DNA of 24,000 nucleotides from Vogesella urethralis (GTDB lineage Bacteria; Pseudomonadota; Gammaproteobacteria; Burkholderiales; Chromobacteriaceae): NCBI RefSeq assembly GCF_007644045.2, contig NZ_VMDW02000090.1, positions 7,762 to 31,761 of the forward strand, read 5' to 3'. Shown piece by piece: positions 15,811 to 23,906 of this stretch (position 1 is its first letter; each line of letters starts with the position of its first letter). The notes under the pieces were generated by a model. It saw only the letters and a program-made list of their open reading frames with translations, ran no database searches and was not told where the DNA came from. The position numbers and the translations under genes were made by a program.

Positions 15811-16404
15811 GTGGTTGCGCCGGAGGGGCAGAAGCCGATAGCTGATAAAGCAGAGCAATCAGCACCTGTTATGCCGGCAGCGGAGCAGATTGCTGGCACA
15901 AAGCCTGCATCAAACACATCTGGCAAAGTGGACAAGGTAGAAGTGCTGTTTGGTCAGACTTTTGCCAGTATTCCCTTGTCGCACACTGCCGGCAGGCAGG
16001 ATGGGGATTTGGGTGAAACCTTGGCGTTGCAGCTGCTAAACGAAAAAACCACGCTGAAGTTTCAGCCTTTGCAAAACGCCAGTGGCCACGGTTGTGATGG
16101 CTGCGCTGTGGCAATTCACGGCGATACCATTACCGTGGTGGTGATGGATGCCAAGTCGTCCCAGATGGGTGTTGGTGGGGCGAAAAATACGGCGGGGGAT
16201 CCGGCGGAACGGTTGAATGGATGGCTACAGAATGCTTCTATTTCAGGAGATAAAGCCACACCAGAAAACCAAGTACTGGCAAAGGCAATCCAAAAAGCAT
16301 TGGATAGCCAGGCTAAAGTGCAGGGCATAACTATTAAAGTAGGAATACCAGCACCAGGTACCACGGGTGCTGCAACATTCAAGGTAGAACCATGGCCGAA
16401 GTAA
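15811..16404 (+). CDS. PD-(D/E)xK (restriction-endonuclease-fold) nuclease-like toxin domain of orphan module 1
   Basis: It is in the same frame as 14149-15810. After a P/A/Q/K-rich linker come GE69TLALQLL ... SGHGCD96GCAV ... ITVVVMD113AK115SSQ, the E...D...(D/E)xK arrangement typical of Hjc/REase-fold nucleases and several CdiA-CT nucleases. Confidence 0.65.
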   Translation: MVAPEGQKPIADKAEQSAPVMPAAEQIAGTKPASNTSGKVDKVEVLFGQTFASIPLSHTAGRQDGDLGETLALQLLNEKTTLKFQPLQNASGHGCDGCAVAIHGDTITVVVMDAKSSQMGVGGAKNTAGDPAERLNGWLQNASISGDKATPENQVLAKAIQKALDSQAKVQGITIKVGIPAPGTTGAATFKVEPWPK

Positions 16405-17414
16405 ATTTGCAGTGTGTCAGAATGGATATAAACCCTAAATGGCCGAGGCTCAAAACAATTCTGGGTCGAGAGAGAGCATTGCGGGAACGACACGCATTGT
16501 TAAAGGCTGATATAACGCTAAATACCATTATTGAATATGTCACAAGAGAGGATGTTTCACCACAGCAGTTGATCCCGAATAAGCAAAATGTGACTGATTA
16601 TACAGCGCAAATGAAAGGCAGTACGTGGGCCCACAATGCTTTGGCGCTAGCACCTGAAGACCCTGAGTGGTTGACCCGCGTGGCGAACTGGATGCGTTAT
16701 TATCAGGTAGGAATACGCCAAGCTTTCTTCTGGCATCACCGTTTTGGTATTTTGGCACCAGAACATCCTCATGGCTTACGCATGTTCAGTATCGTTAGTA
16801 GCGCCAACATGCTTGCCGCCATGGCTATTCTCGGCTGGAAAGATGCAGTCATTTATCAGGGTTACCTCACGCATGCTGCGCTGAACAATGACTACCAGCT
16901 GCGGCTGGAGTACCGGGAGGAGCACCGTCGGGCCCAGGCTTTCATGTTGCGGCTGTTTGCCAGCTGGGTGGGCGATGCCGACCATGCTTGGCCAGCCTAC
17001 GCCTACGACGAACCGATTTACGAAGCCCTGCTGCAGCACTGGCGTACGTCAGACCCGGCGGCGCTGGTGCCGTGCCTGCTGGCAGCCTGCGACCGCCATA
17101 CCCACCAGGCCGGGCGTGACACGCTGACCAAGTTCTACGACTTCAGCACCGAGTGGGACCTGGGGCGGGTGCCGGTGGAAATCCTGTTGTTGTTCCGGCT
17201 GCGCGAATGGGAAGGCTTGGCTAACCCGTTGCTGGACCACCCGTTGATGGCTGCGCCTTATCATCAACTGCCTGCGCCGCAACCCGTGCCACCGCTGGAC
17301 GAGTTGATGCAGGGTGTGGTGAAGCGTGCTAACGAGGATTGGCCAGGGGTTTACGAAGAGGTGTTATCGCTAGCGTCACTAAAAGCCAGTGCTACACAAA
17401 AGGGCCGCATTTGA
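16392..17414 (+). CDS. Putative immunity protein of orphan module 1 (340 aa, no family recognised)
   Basis: The ATG overlaps the toxin 3' end by 13 nt, and AAGGT lies ~7 nt upstream. The call rests on position. The ORF is unusually long for a CdiI, and its 5' half is AT-richer than its 3' half. Confidence 0.55.
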   Translation: MAEVNLQCVRMDINPKWPRLKTILGRERALRERHALLKADITLNTIIEYVTREDVSPQQLIPNKQNVTDYTAQMKGSTWAHNALALAPEDPEWLTRVANWMRYYQVGIRQAFFWHHRFGILAPEHPHGLRMFSIVSSANMLAAMAILGWKDAVIYQGYLTHAALNNDYQLRLEYREEHRRAQAFMLRLFASWVGDADHAWPAYAYDEPIYEALLQHWRTSDPAALVPCLLAACDRHTHQAGRDTLTKFYDFSTEWDLGRVPVEILLLFRLREWEGLANPLLDHPLMAAPYHQLPAPQPVPPLDELMQGVVKRANEDWPGVYEEVLSLASLKASATQKGRI

Positions 17415-17417
17415 CGC

Positions 17418-18380
17418 GGTGCGAGCCATGCGTACCGCGTTGTGTAGGGATAGCGCCACTTTTGCTCAGCCTATGGCCTGCGCCTAGGGTAGTGCTCAGC
17501 CCCCATTTGGATGGCCCGCCTCACCAGCGACATCGCCTGGCTGGTGGTTCGAACCACCACGCTGCAAGGCACCGTCGCCAGTGGGCAACGTGTCACTGGC
17601 GACATCGGCGGCCAACTGCGCATCGATAGTCTGCAAGACAGCAGCCGTTACGACAGCCGCCAGCAAAACGCCGGCGTTAGCATCGCCGCCGGGACGGGGA
17701 GCGCCAGCGGCAGCATCAGTGCCGGCAACACCCGCATTGATAGCGACTACCTGAACGTGGCCGAACAAAGCGGCCTCAAAGCCGGCGACGGCGGCTTCCA
17801 GCTCACGGTAAAAGGCGACACCCCCCTCAGCGGCGGCGTCATTGCCAGCAGCGACGTCGCCGTGCAAGCCGGCGTCAACCGGCTGGACACCACGGCCACC
17901 CACCTCAGCGATCTGCACAACCAGGCCAGCTATAAGGCCAGCGGCTACAGCGTCAACGTCGGCGTCAGCAGCGGCAAACCCAGCGGCAGCGCCGCCTCCG
18001 ACACCCGCGCCGGCATCAGCGGCATCGCCGGCAACAGCAGCGTGCGCAGCGGCGACGCCGAAACCGGCATTGCCAACCCGTTCGACGCCCAGCGCGTGGC
18101 GGCCAACGTGGGGGCACAGGTCGCCATCACCGCCGAATTCGGCCGCCAGGCCCCGCGTGCGTGGGCCGACTTTGCCCAGGCGCAGTCCATGATTGGTGAC
18201 GTTACTTTGCCAGCCGGAACAAAAATGAATGTGAGTGTGGCTGGCGGTATATCTCCTGGAGCTGCGAAAGGCGTAGTGACTGGTGATAATGGTGGCGGCG
18301 GCGGTGTGCAGTTTCAAATAATCACCCCCGATAGGAAGCTGAATCAACAGTGGTTTAATGGTGCAAGGAATATTTGGTGA
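17418..18380 (+). pseudogene. Orphan cdiA-CT module 2: multiply deleted remnant of a cdiA 3' end
   Basis: 17418-17555 is a degenerate copy of cdiA ~8497-8634 and contains a stop codon (cctagggtag). 17556-18186 matches cdiA 10510-11167 apart from a 27-bp deletion. 18187-18380 matches cdiA 12341-12540, the last ~65 codons of the toxin. The residual ORF is 17511-18380. Confidence 0.8.
17556..18186 (+). repeat. Direct repeat R1, copy c (orphan module 2, truncated, with 27-bp internal deletion)
   Basis: It matches cdiA 10510-11167. It lacks the 27 bp lying between the GGCAGCGC direct repeats at cdiA 10939-10946 and 10966-10973. Confidence 0.85.
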
Positions 18381-18880
18381 TAAATCAGAATTTTAAAGAT
18401 TGGTTTCGGAGAACTATTTTTCTCGGTGATGGTAGAAAAATAGTCTGTTTTTATTTTCAGGGTGATGGCGCTGATGACGTTTCTTTGTTTGATGAGAATC
18501 ATAATGTTTTCTGTGTTGACTCTGATGGGCATGCTATTTGGCAGGTTCGCAGGGATGACAGTGTTCGAGGTGATGGGTGGTGGGAAGTGTTGCATGCTCA
18601 TGCTCGACAAATTGGCGAAGATGGTGCTCGTAGGCCATTCACCTACTTTGTCATTAATTATCCCGATGGTAGTAATAATATAAACCCAGATACAGGAAGT
18701 CCGCCAGATCATGCAATTTGGACGCCGGGTGCCACAATTTGGTTAATGGGTTCGGCTTATCAGAAATATATACTCGACCCTGAGATGGGTATTGCCACAA
18801 ACGTTACAAAAGGGAATCCACGGCCTTGGTGACATAAGGCGTTTGATTTGACCGGTGCCTGGTTTGCAAAAAAGCCTGAT
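18187..18880 (+). repeat. Direct repeat R2, copy b (orphan module 2 toxin tail + variant cdiI + ~45 bp downstream)
   Basis: See copy a. The sequence downstream of the cdiI stop stays alignable for ~45 nt (TGGTGAyMTAARGCGyTT..TTG....GTGC.TG.TT.GCAA) and is then unrelated. Confidence 0.85.
18374..18832 (+). CDS. cdiI: Variant CdiI immunity protein (paralogue of 12537-12998)
   Basis: The C-terminal ~100 aa are nearly identical to the resident CdiI (WQVRRDDSVRG.GWW.VLHAHAR.IGEDGARRPFTYFVINYPDGSNNINPDTGSPPDHAIWTPGATIWLMGSAYQKYILDPE.GIATNVT.GNPRPW), while the N-terminal ~55 aa are strongly diverged. The start is TTG 18374 or GTG 18377; the latter forms a GTGA overlap with the toxin stop. Confidence 0.75.
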   Translation: MVINQNFKDWFRRTIFLGDGRKIVCFYFQGDGADDVSLFDENHNVFCVDSDGHAIWQVRRDDSVRGDGWWEVLHAHARQIGEDGARRPFTYFVINYPDGSNNINPDTGSPPDHAIWTPGATIWLMGSAYQKYILDPEMGIATNVTKGNPRPW

Positions 18881-19331
18881 GGGCGAGCTGTTCGGGCCGA
18901 AGACGGTACAAGCTATTGTGCCGGGTGGTGAAAAGCTGGCGCGGATACCGGGCGTGGGCGAGACCGGTATCGATGATTTGTACAAGGTAAACCGCCGTGA
19001 TGTGGACTACGTGAGCGTGGAATACAAGTTCGTGGGCCAGGACAACAAGACAGGGGCGCAGGTGTTGAAGAACACGGGGGATGGCAGGCAGGGCAGTGAG
19101 AGTTGGCTGCGAGGGGCGGAGAGGATTGAGAGGGCTGTTGGCGGCCCCAACAAGGAAGCGTTGGACATTCGTGATGCCCTTGACGCTGGTCGAGTTGAAA
19201 GCTGGGTGGTAACTGTTCGTCCAGATGGATCAACAGCGGTTCAAGTTCTTGATTCGTTCGGGCGTGTCAAACCCGTAGATACATCGAAGATTATTCTGCC
19301 GAACGCCAACCTGTCTGGAGCTCAACGATGA
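18855..19331 (+). CDS. Orphan 'headless' toxin fragment, PoNe-like PD-(D/E)xK nuclease domain
   Basis: GETGID40DLYKVNRRDVDYVSVE56YK58FVGQ gives a D...ExK core (nt 18972, 19020-19028). It is followed by a PoNi/DUF1911-like gene joined by an ATGA overlap. There is no CdiA homology or delivery domain. The ORF opens at GTG 18855 and the first ATG is at 18879. Confidence 0.55.
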   Translation: MPGLQKSLMGELFGPKTVQAIVPGGEKLARIPGVGETGIDDLYKVNRRDVDYVSVEYKFVGQDNKTGAQVLKNTGDGRQGSESWLRGAERIERAVGGPNKEALDIRDALDAGRVESWVVTVRPDGSTAVQVLDSFGRVKPVDTSKIILPNANLSGAQR

Positions 19332-20208
19332 TTCGTGGCTCAATCGGAAAGAGCGGATACTGGGCTGACCGTGCGAGCTATTGGCGGGAGGCGGTCGACA
19401 GAAGTTGGACAAGGATTGGTGAGCCCAGCGGCAACCCGGTGTACCGACCGCAATATGTTTGGGACACGAGCCTTTTCCTAGGACGCCTCCTATTGGTCGA
19501 CTATTCCTCCGGCGCCCCCATCCGCGGCTTGCCCCAGCACTTTCCTGGCCTGCTCGACGCCTGGGCGCTGTCCAACCGCCTGAGTGACGAGGTCTGCAAA
19601 GAGTACGGCTGGCAAACCTGCCGCGACTGGGACTTCTCGCTGTCAAATCTCAACCACTACAACTGGTGCTTCTGGCTGGTGGGCTTGGCGCTGGTGCTGG
19701 AGATGCCCGAAGCGCAGTGGTAGCGCTTGATCCATCTGGCTGGCGGGAAGGGGAAGATGTGTTGCTCGACCGGGTGATCGCCACCCGGTCACCCGCGCGG
19801 CGTGTCGGCACCAGGCTGTTGCACGCCAAGCCCTACGCGCGGCTGCTCAAGGCAGTGGATGCCCCGGCAGACCAACAGGCTGGCTTGCTGCGAGACTTCG
19901 TTGATCATTGGTATCCCGAGCTAAAGCGCCCCGCGCCCAGGAATAAAAAGGCGCCCACCATCGAGCCGTTCTGGTACATCTATGGCGACCCGGTATTGAA
20001 CCCGCTGGAGATGGGTAGCTACTTCGGTCGCTGGTGCATCGAGGCCGTGGCGGCAGTCAAAGCCTTTGGGCTGGACGACAACCTATGCCTGGGGCACGAG
20101 CACTATCCGGGCGACTTGCTGCGCCCTGATGGCCCCAGCACCCACCCGCAGCGTCCCGCCCCCAAAGTGGGCTGGCTGGCGCGGCTGCTGGGCAAGCGGG
20201 GTGGCTAA
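19328..20208 (+). pseudogene. PoNi-like (DUF1910/DUF1911-type) immunity gene, apparently frameshifted
   Basis: Two overlapping ORFs, 19328-19723 (frame 2) and 19666-20208 (frame 1), read as one protein if 1 nt is restored near 19718-19723. The C-terminal part, DHWYPELK...FWYIYGD...GSYFGRWCIEAVAAVKAFGLDDNLCLGHEHYPGDLL, resembles the DUF1911 pattern as I remember it. ATG 19328 overlaps the toxin TGA. Confidence 0.6.
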
Positions 20209-20324
20209 GCGAGTTCGTCAGATGCAGCAGCCGGCCAAGGTTGGTCGCAGGCGGCCGTGATTCGCGTTGCGCCGGACTGCAGCAGGCTCATGAGTATCGT
20301 CATCGCAGTGTGCCGCGGATAAAG

Positions 20325-20359
20325 CAACAGCCCCGCTGATTATCCAGACGGGGCTGTTG
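20325..20359 (-). terminator. Hairpin between convergent genes, probable terminator for the MCP gene
   Basis: An 11-bp perfect stem, CAACAGCCCCG (20325-20335) / CGGGGCTGTTG (20349-20359), with a 13-nt loop, lies 35 nt beyond the MCP stop. The U-tract is weak on both strands (minus strand: CTTTAT). Confidence 0.45.
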
Positions 20360-20393
20360 TGCGTCTGCCCTGATGCCAGGGCTGCGGCCAACC

Positions 20394-22022
20394 TTAGTTG
20401 GTGCGGAAGCGGCTGAAGCTCTGGCGGATTTCTTCTGTCAGTTCGCTCATGCGTGCGGCGGCGCGGGCGGCTTCGTCGGCGGCTTCGCGGTTGCGATGGG
20501 CAATGCTGGTGATGCGCTCTACCTCGCGCGAAACCTGCTCGCCGGAGCGGGCTTGCTCGGACAGGGCGCTGGCGATGTTCAGTACGCTCTGGCCCACATT
20601 TTCGGTGCCGCTCTGGATGGCCACGATGGATTCGCCGGCGCGCTGGCCCTGGGTGGCGCTGGTATGGGCGCGCTCAACCGACTGGTTCATCGCTTCCACG
20701 GCTTGTTGCGAGCTGATGCGGATGGCACCAATCATCTGTGCAATTTCACCGGTGGCCTTGGTGGTGCGCTCGGCCAGCTTGCGTACCTCGTCGGCCACTA
20801 CGGCAAAACCGCGACCTTGTTCGCCGGCGCGAGCAGCTTCGATGGCGGCGTTCAGTGCCAGCAGGTTGGTCTGGTCGGCCACGTCACGGATGACGGAAAC
20901 GATGTTGTCGATGGTTTGCGACTGACGGCCCAGCTCGTTGATGCTGCCGGCTGTGCTCTGGATCAGGGTGCTGATGGCGTCCATTTCCTTCACGGCACCC
21001 TTGATCACTTCCACGCCGTCACGGGCGTCACCACTGGCGTTGCGGGCCGCCAATTCGGCGCTACCTGCACTTTGGTGCAGCTCGCGAACGCCGACGGCCA
21101 TTTGCTGGATAACTGTTGCCATTTCGTCAGCGGCGCGGTTTTGTTCTTCGCTGCGGCTCATCAGGCGCTGCATGGTGTCGCGCAGTTCTTGCGACGCGTT
21201 GCTGCTTTCCTGCACGCTGCGTTCCACGGTGCGCAGGGCGTCGTTCAGCTCGTGGGTCATGCGCGACAGGTTGTACAGCAGCGACGAGTTGTCGCCCTTG
21301 GCCAGGTTGACCTGGATGCCCAGGTTGCCGTGAGCGATTTCTTTCATCACGGTGGCGGCGTAGTCCGGCTCGCCGCCCAGTTGGCGGGTGAGGGTGCGCG
21401 CAATGATCAGAGCAACCACGATACTGGCCGCCACGCTGGCGATGATGGCGATGACCGCCGCTACCATGGTGTCACGCAGCGTGCTGGTGGTGGACGACTT
21501 CTGTTCTTCCATGACCTGGGTGTGGTGCGCGATCAGCTTGTCCAGCTGCATGCCGAGCAGGCCTTCCTGCGGCTCCATCTTCTCGCTGACGATGATGGAG
21601 GCGTCCCATTTTTGCTTGGTAATCATGGGGATAAGCTTGTCGGTGAGGCGGTTGAATTCCGCCAGCGACTTGCCGATTTTTTCTACCAGCACCAGCTCTT
21701 CCGGGTCGGACGAGATTTCCTGCATCAGCTTGAATTGCTGATTAGCCGTGACTACCGACTTTTTCAGGATGGCCATTTTTTCTTCCACCAGCTTGTCGTC
21801 GCTTTCCAGCAGGATGGTGCGAGCGGCGTTGGTGGAGGCCAGCAGGGCGCCGCTGAGGGTGCGCGAATACTGGATGACGGGTATGCGGTGCTCTACCAGT
21901 TCGGACACGCGTGACTGGATGACAGTCAAACGGTACAGGGTGAAGGCGGAACCCAGTACTAGCAGCAGAATGACCGCACCAAAACCCAGGCCCAGGCGCC
22001 GGGCCAGTGTCATTTTCCCCAT
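20394..22022 (-). CDS. Methyl-accepting chemotaxis protein (two TM segments, periplasmic helical sensor, HAMP, MA signalling domain)
   Basis: It contains the highly conserved signalling hairpin [43 protein letters not shown]. The N-terminal TM is [18 protein letters not shown] and the second TM is [23 protein letters not shown] chose the start at ATG 22022 (MGKMTL...) with AAGGAAAA upstream; the ORF track extends to 22163. Confidence 0.9.
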   Translation of the reverse strand: MGKMTLARRLGLGFGAVILLLVLGSAFTLYRLTVIQSRVSELVEHRIPVIQYSRTLSGALLASTNAARTILLESDDKLVEEKMAILKKSVVTANQQFKLMQEISSDPEELVLVEKIGKSLAEFNRLTDKLIPMITKQKWDASIIVSEKMEPQEGLLGMQLDKLIAHHTQVMEEQKSSTTSTLRDTMVAAVIAIIASVAASIVVALIIARTLTRQLGGEPDYAATVMKEIAHGNLGIQVNLAKGDNSSLLYNLSRMTHELNDALRTVERSVQESSNASQELRDTMQRLMSRSEEQNRAADEMATVIQQMAVGVRELHQSAGSAELAARNASGDARDGVEVIKGAVKEMDAISTLIQSTAGSINELGRQSQTIDNIVSVIRDVADQTNLLALNAAIEAARAGEQGRGFAVVADEVRKLAERTTKATGEIAQMIGAIRISSQQAVEAMNQSVERAHTSATQGQRAGESIVAIQSGTENVGQSVLNIASALSEQARSGEQVSREVERITSIAHRNREAADEAARAAARMSELTEEIRQSFSRFRTN

Positions 22023-22371
22023 GATGTTATTTTCCTTGCAGACGTGCTTCGATTGGGTGAAGGCAGTTGTCCATCGGCTGCCTATGTTTTTGTGTTTTGA
22101 TATTAAAACGACTATCGCGCTTTTTAAAGAACCAAGTAGAAAATAGCGGTGTGCAATCGACATAAAAGCGATTGAATCGCGCTGGAAATGGCATGTGGCT
22201 GTCTGCCGGCCAGCGGGTTGTCACGGATAGGTGGCTGCAGGGGGAGCGTGTGTTGGCGGGTTGGCCGCCTGCGGGCTGCCAAGCCGGGTGGTGTTGGGCG
22301 CGCGTCGGTTGCCGCTGCTTGCCCGCCAGCAGCCAGCTGGTGGGCAATAGCCGTTGTAATGAGGCGGCAGC

Positions 22372-23160
22372 TTAGTCGGCTTGGCGTAGCTGGTGGATGT
22401 GCTGGTGGATCAGATGATGGGCGATCGAACGGGTGGCTGGCAGCCCGGGCAGCTGATCGATGTCGAACCAGGCCGCGTGTTCGATTTCGCCGGCTTGCGG
22501 GGTGATGTCCCCGTCCAGATAGTCGGCGACGAACGCCAGCATCAGCGAATGCGGAAAGGGCCAGGATTGCGACATGGCGTAACGCAGGTTGTGGATGCGT
22601 ACGCCCACTTCCTCGAATGCCTCGCGGTGGACGCAGGCTTCCAGCGATTCGCCGGCCTCTACAAAGCCGGCCAGTGCGCTGTACATGCCGGGGGCGAAAT
22701 GCGGGCTGCGCGCCAGCAGCAGTTCGCGCCCGCGGGTAATCAGCACCATCATGGCCGGCGACAGGCGCGGATAGTACAGCTCCCCGCACGATGGGCATTG
22801 ACGGCCCAGGTCGTGGCGGTTGGGCTGCAGCGGGCTGGCGCAGACGCCGCAGAAACGGTGGCTGCGGGCAAAGCGATGCAGTTGGGCGGCGCGCGCCAGT
22901 AGCGCGCTCATGTCGGCCGGCAGCGTATAAATGGCTTGGCGCAAGCTGACGGCTTGCCAGTTTGCCGGCGGCGGGCCGATCAGTTCGGCGCTGTACAGGT
23001 TGGCCGCATCGTTGTGGCCGATGTAGCGCACGGCAGTATGCGCCTGGCCCGGTGCGCCGGGCAGGGCGTCGTCTTGCAGATACAGCTGTTCGCCGTTGAA
23101 CAGGCACCACAGGTCGGGCAGGGTGGGGTGGGGATGCGGGGGCAGGTGCAGGATGGTCAT
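22372..23160 (-). CDS. nudC: NAD(+) diphosphatase / NADH pyrophosphatase NudC (Nudix hydrolase)
   Basis: It has a zinc-ribbon (FCGVCASPL...RQCPSCG), the Nudix box GFVEAGESLEACVHREAFEEVGV, and the NudC-typical SQSWPFPHSLMLAF. Confidence 0.88.
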   Translation of the reverse strand: MTILHLPPHPHPTLPDLWCLFNGEQLYLQDDALPGAPGQAHTAVRYIGHNDAANLYSAELIGPPPANWQAVSLRQAIYTLPADMSALLARAAQLHRFARSHRFCGVCASPLQPNRHDLGRQCPSCGELYYPRLSPAMMVLITRGRELLLARSPHFAPGMYSALAGFVEAGESLEACVHREAFEEVGVRIHNLRYAMSQSWPFPHSLMLAFVADYLDGDITPQAGEIEHAAWFDIDQLPGLPATRSIAHHLIHQHIHQLRQAD

Positions 23161-23221
23161 GGCGCTTGGCTGGCGGGTGCGGGCTAGCCATTCTACGTGC
23201 TCCGGCGCAGGTGCCCAAGTG

Positions 23222-23854
23222 TCATGCCGCCTGTTGACTCATGATGGTGGTGGTCGGTTGGGGGTGTGCCTGCAGGGTGATGTGCCAGTGCGACAAGCCT
23301 TCGCTATCGGCGGCCTCGGCCAGCGCGCACAGGATGGTGCGGCCGTATATCGCGCGTTGGGCAAGGTGGCGCAGGATGCGGCGGCGCAGTGTGCTGTCGA
23401 GATCGGCGTGGCGTAGGTCCAGTAATACCAGTGGCGCGGTCTGCACCAGTGCACCAGCCAGGCTGGCCAGCAGTCGCTGCGTGGCGTCCAGTCGGGCTAG
23501 CGGAGTATTTGCCAGTGCGGTGAGCGACAGGCCATCCAGTGTCAGTGCCACGGCTTCGTGATCGATGGCTTGTGGACGGAAGAACCAGCGCCGCCCGCTG
23601 CGCTGCTGCAACAGATAGTGCTGTAGCGACCGTTTGTCTGTCGACGGAATGGCTTGTTGCTGGGCGAATGTGGCGCGCGCGGCTTGGCACAGGGTACCGC
23701 CTTGCTGCAGCAGGGCATTGTGCAGGCTTGACGCGGCAGCCAAGCCGCTGAAGGTGGTGAGCCGGTTGGCGCGCAAGCGCAGTGCGCGGCAGTCGGCGCG
23801 GCAGGTGTGTTGCTGACAGCTTGGTAGTGGGGTGTCGTAATCGAGATCTAGCAT
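23222..23854 (-). CDS. Hypothetical protein with degenerate ABC-ATPase-like C-terminal half
   Basis: LDGLSLTALANTPLARLDATQRLLASLAGALVQTAPLVLLDLRHADLDSTLRRRILRHLAQRAIYGRTILCA parallels the ABC signature / Walker B / D-loop layout, but the catalytic residues are replaced (LSGGQ -> LDATQ, DEP -> DLR) and there is no intact Walker A. I chose the start at ATG 23854 (GGAG 9 nt upstream); the ORF track opens at TTG 23908. Confidence 0.45.
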   Translation of the reverse strand: MLDLDYDTPLPSCQQHTCRADCRALRLRANRLTTFSGLAAASSLHNALLQQGGTLCQAARATFAQQQAIPSTDKRSLQHYLLQQRSGRRWFFRPQAIDHEAVALTLDGLSLTALANTPLARLDATQRLLASLAGALVQTAPLVLLDLRHADLDSTLRRRILRHLAQRAIYGRTILCALAEAADSEGLSHWHITLQAHPQPTTTIMSQQAA

Positions 23855-23906
23855 GGCGGGCTCCGGCGCAGCAAGGTGCACCGGAGCGGCACGCATTGCG
23901 CTTTTC

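Noticed and set aside
11476-20208. Mobile element / IS responsible for the compositional mosaic
   Set aside because: I saw no transposase, integrase or recombinase ORF, no terminal inverted repeats and no tRNA attachment site. The mosaic is better explained by cassette exchange through homologous recombination typical of CDI loci.
20373-21914. 513-aa plus-strand ORF
   Set aside because: It is exactly antisense to the well-supported MCP gene. Its product is a low-complexity Gly/Ala/His/Leu-rich translation typical of a GC-rich shadow frame, with no recognisable motifs.
22071-22097. Possible sigma-28 (FliA) promoter for the MCP gene (minus-strand GCCGATGG, ~50 nt upstream of the start)
   Set aside because: The -10-like element is decent, but the corresponding -35 position reads AAACACAA against TAAAGTTT, a poor match. 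This is not enough to call.
22124-23218. 364-aa minus-strand ORF overlapping nudC
   Set aside because: It is a Pro/Arg/Ala-rich alternative frame of the nudC region. The NudC frame carries clear zinc-ribbon and Nudix motifs, so this one is a shadow ORF.
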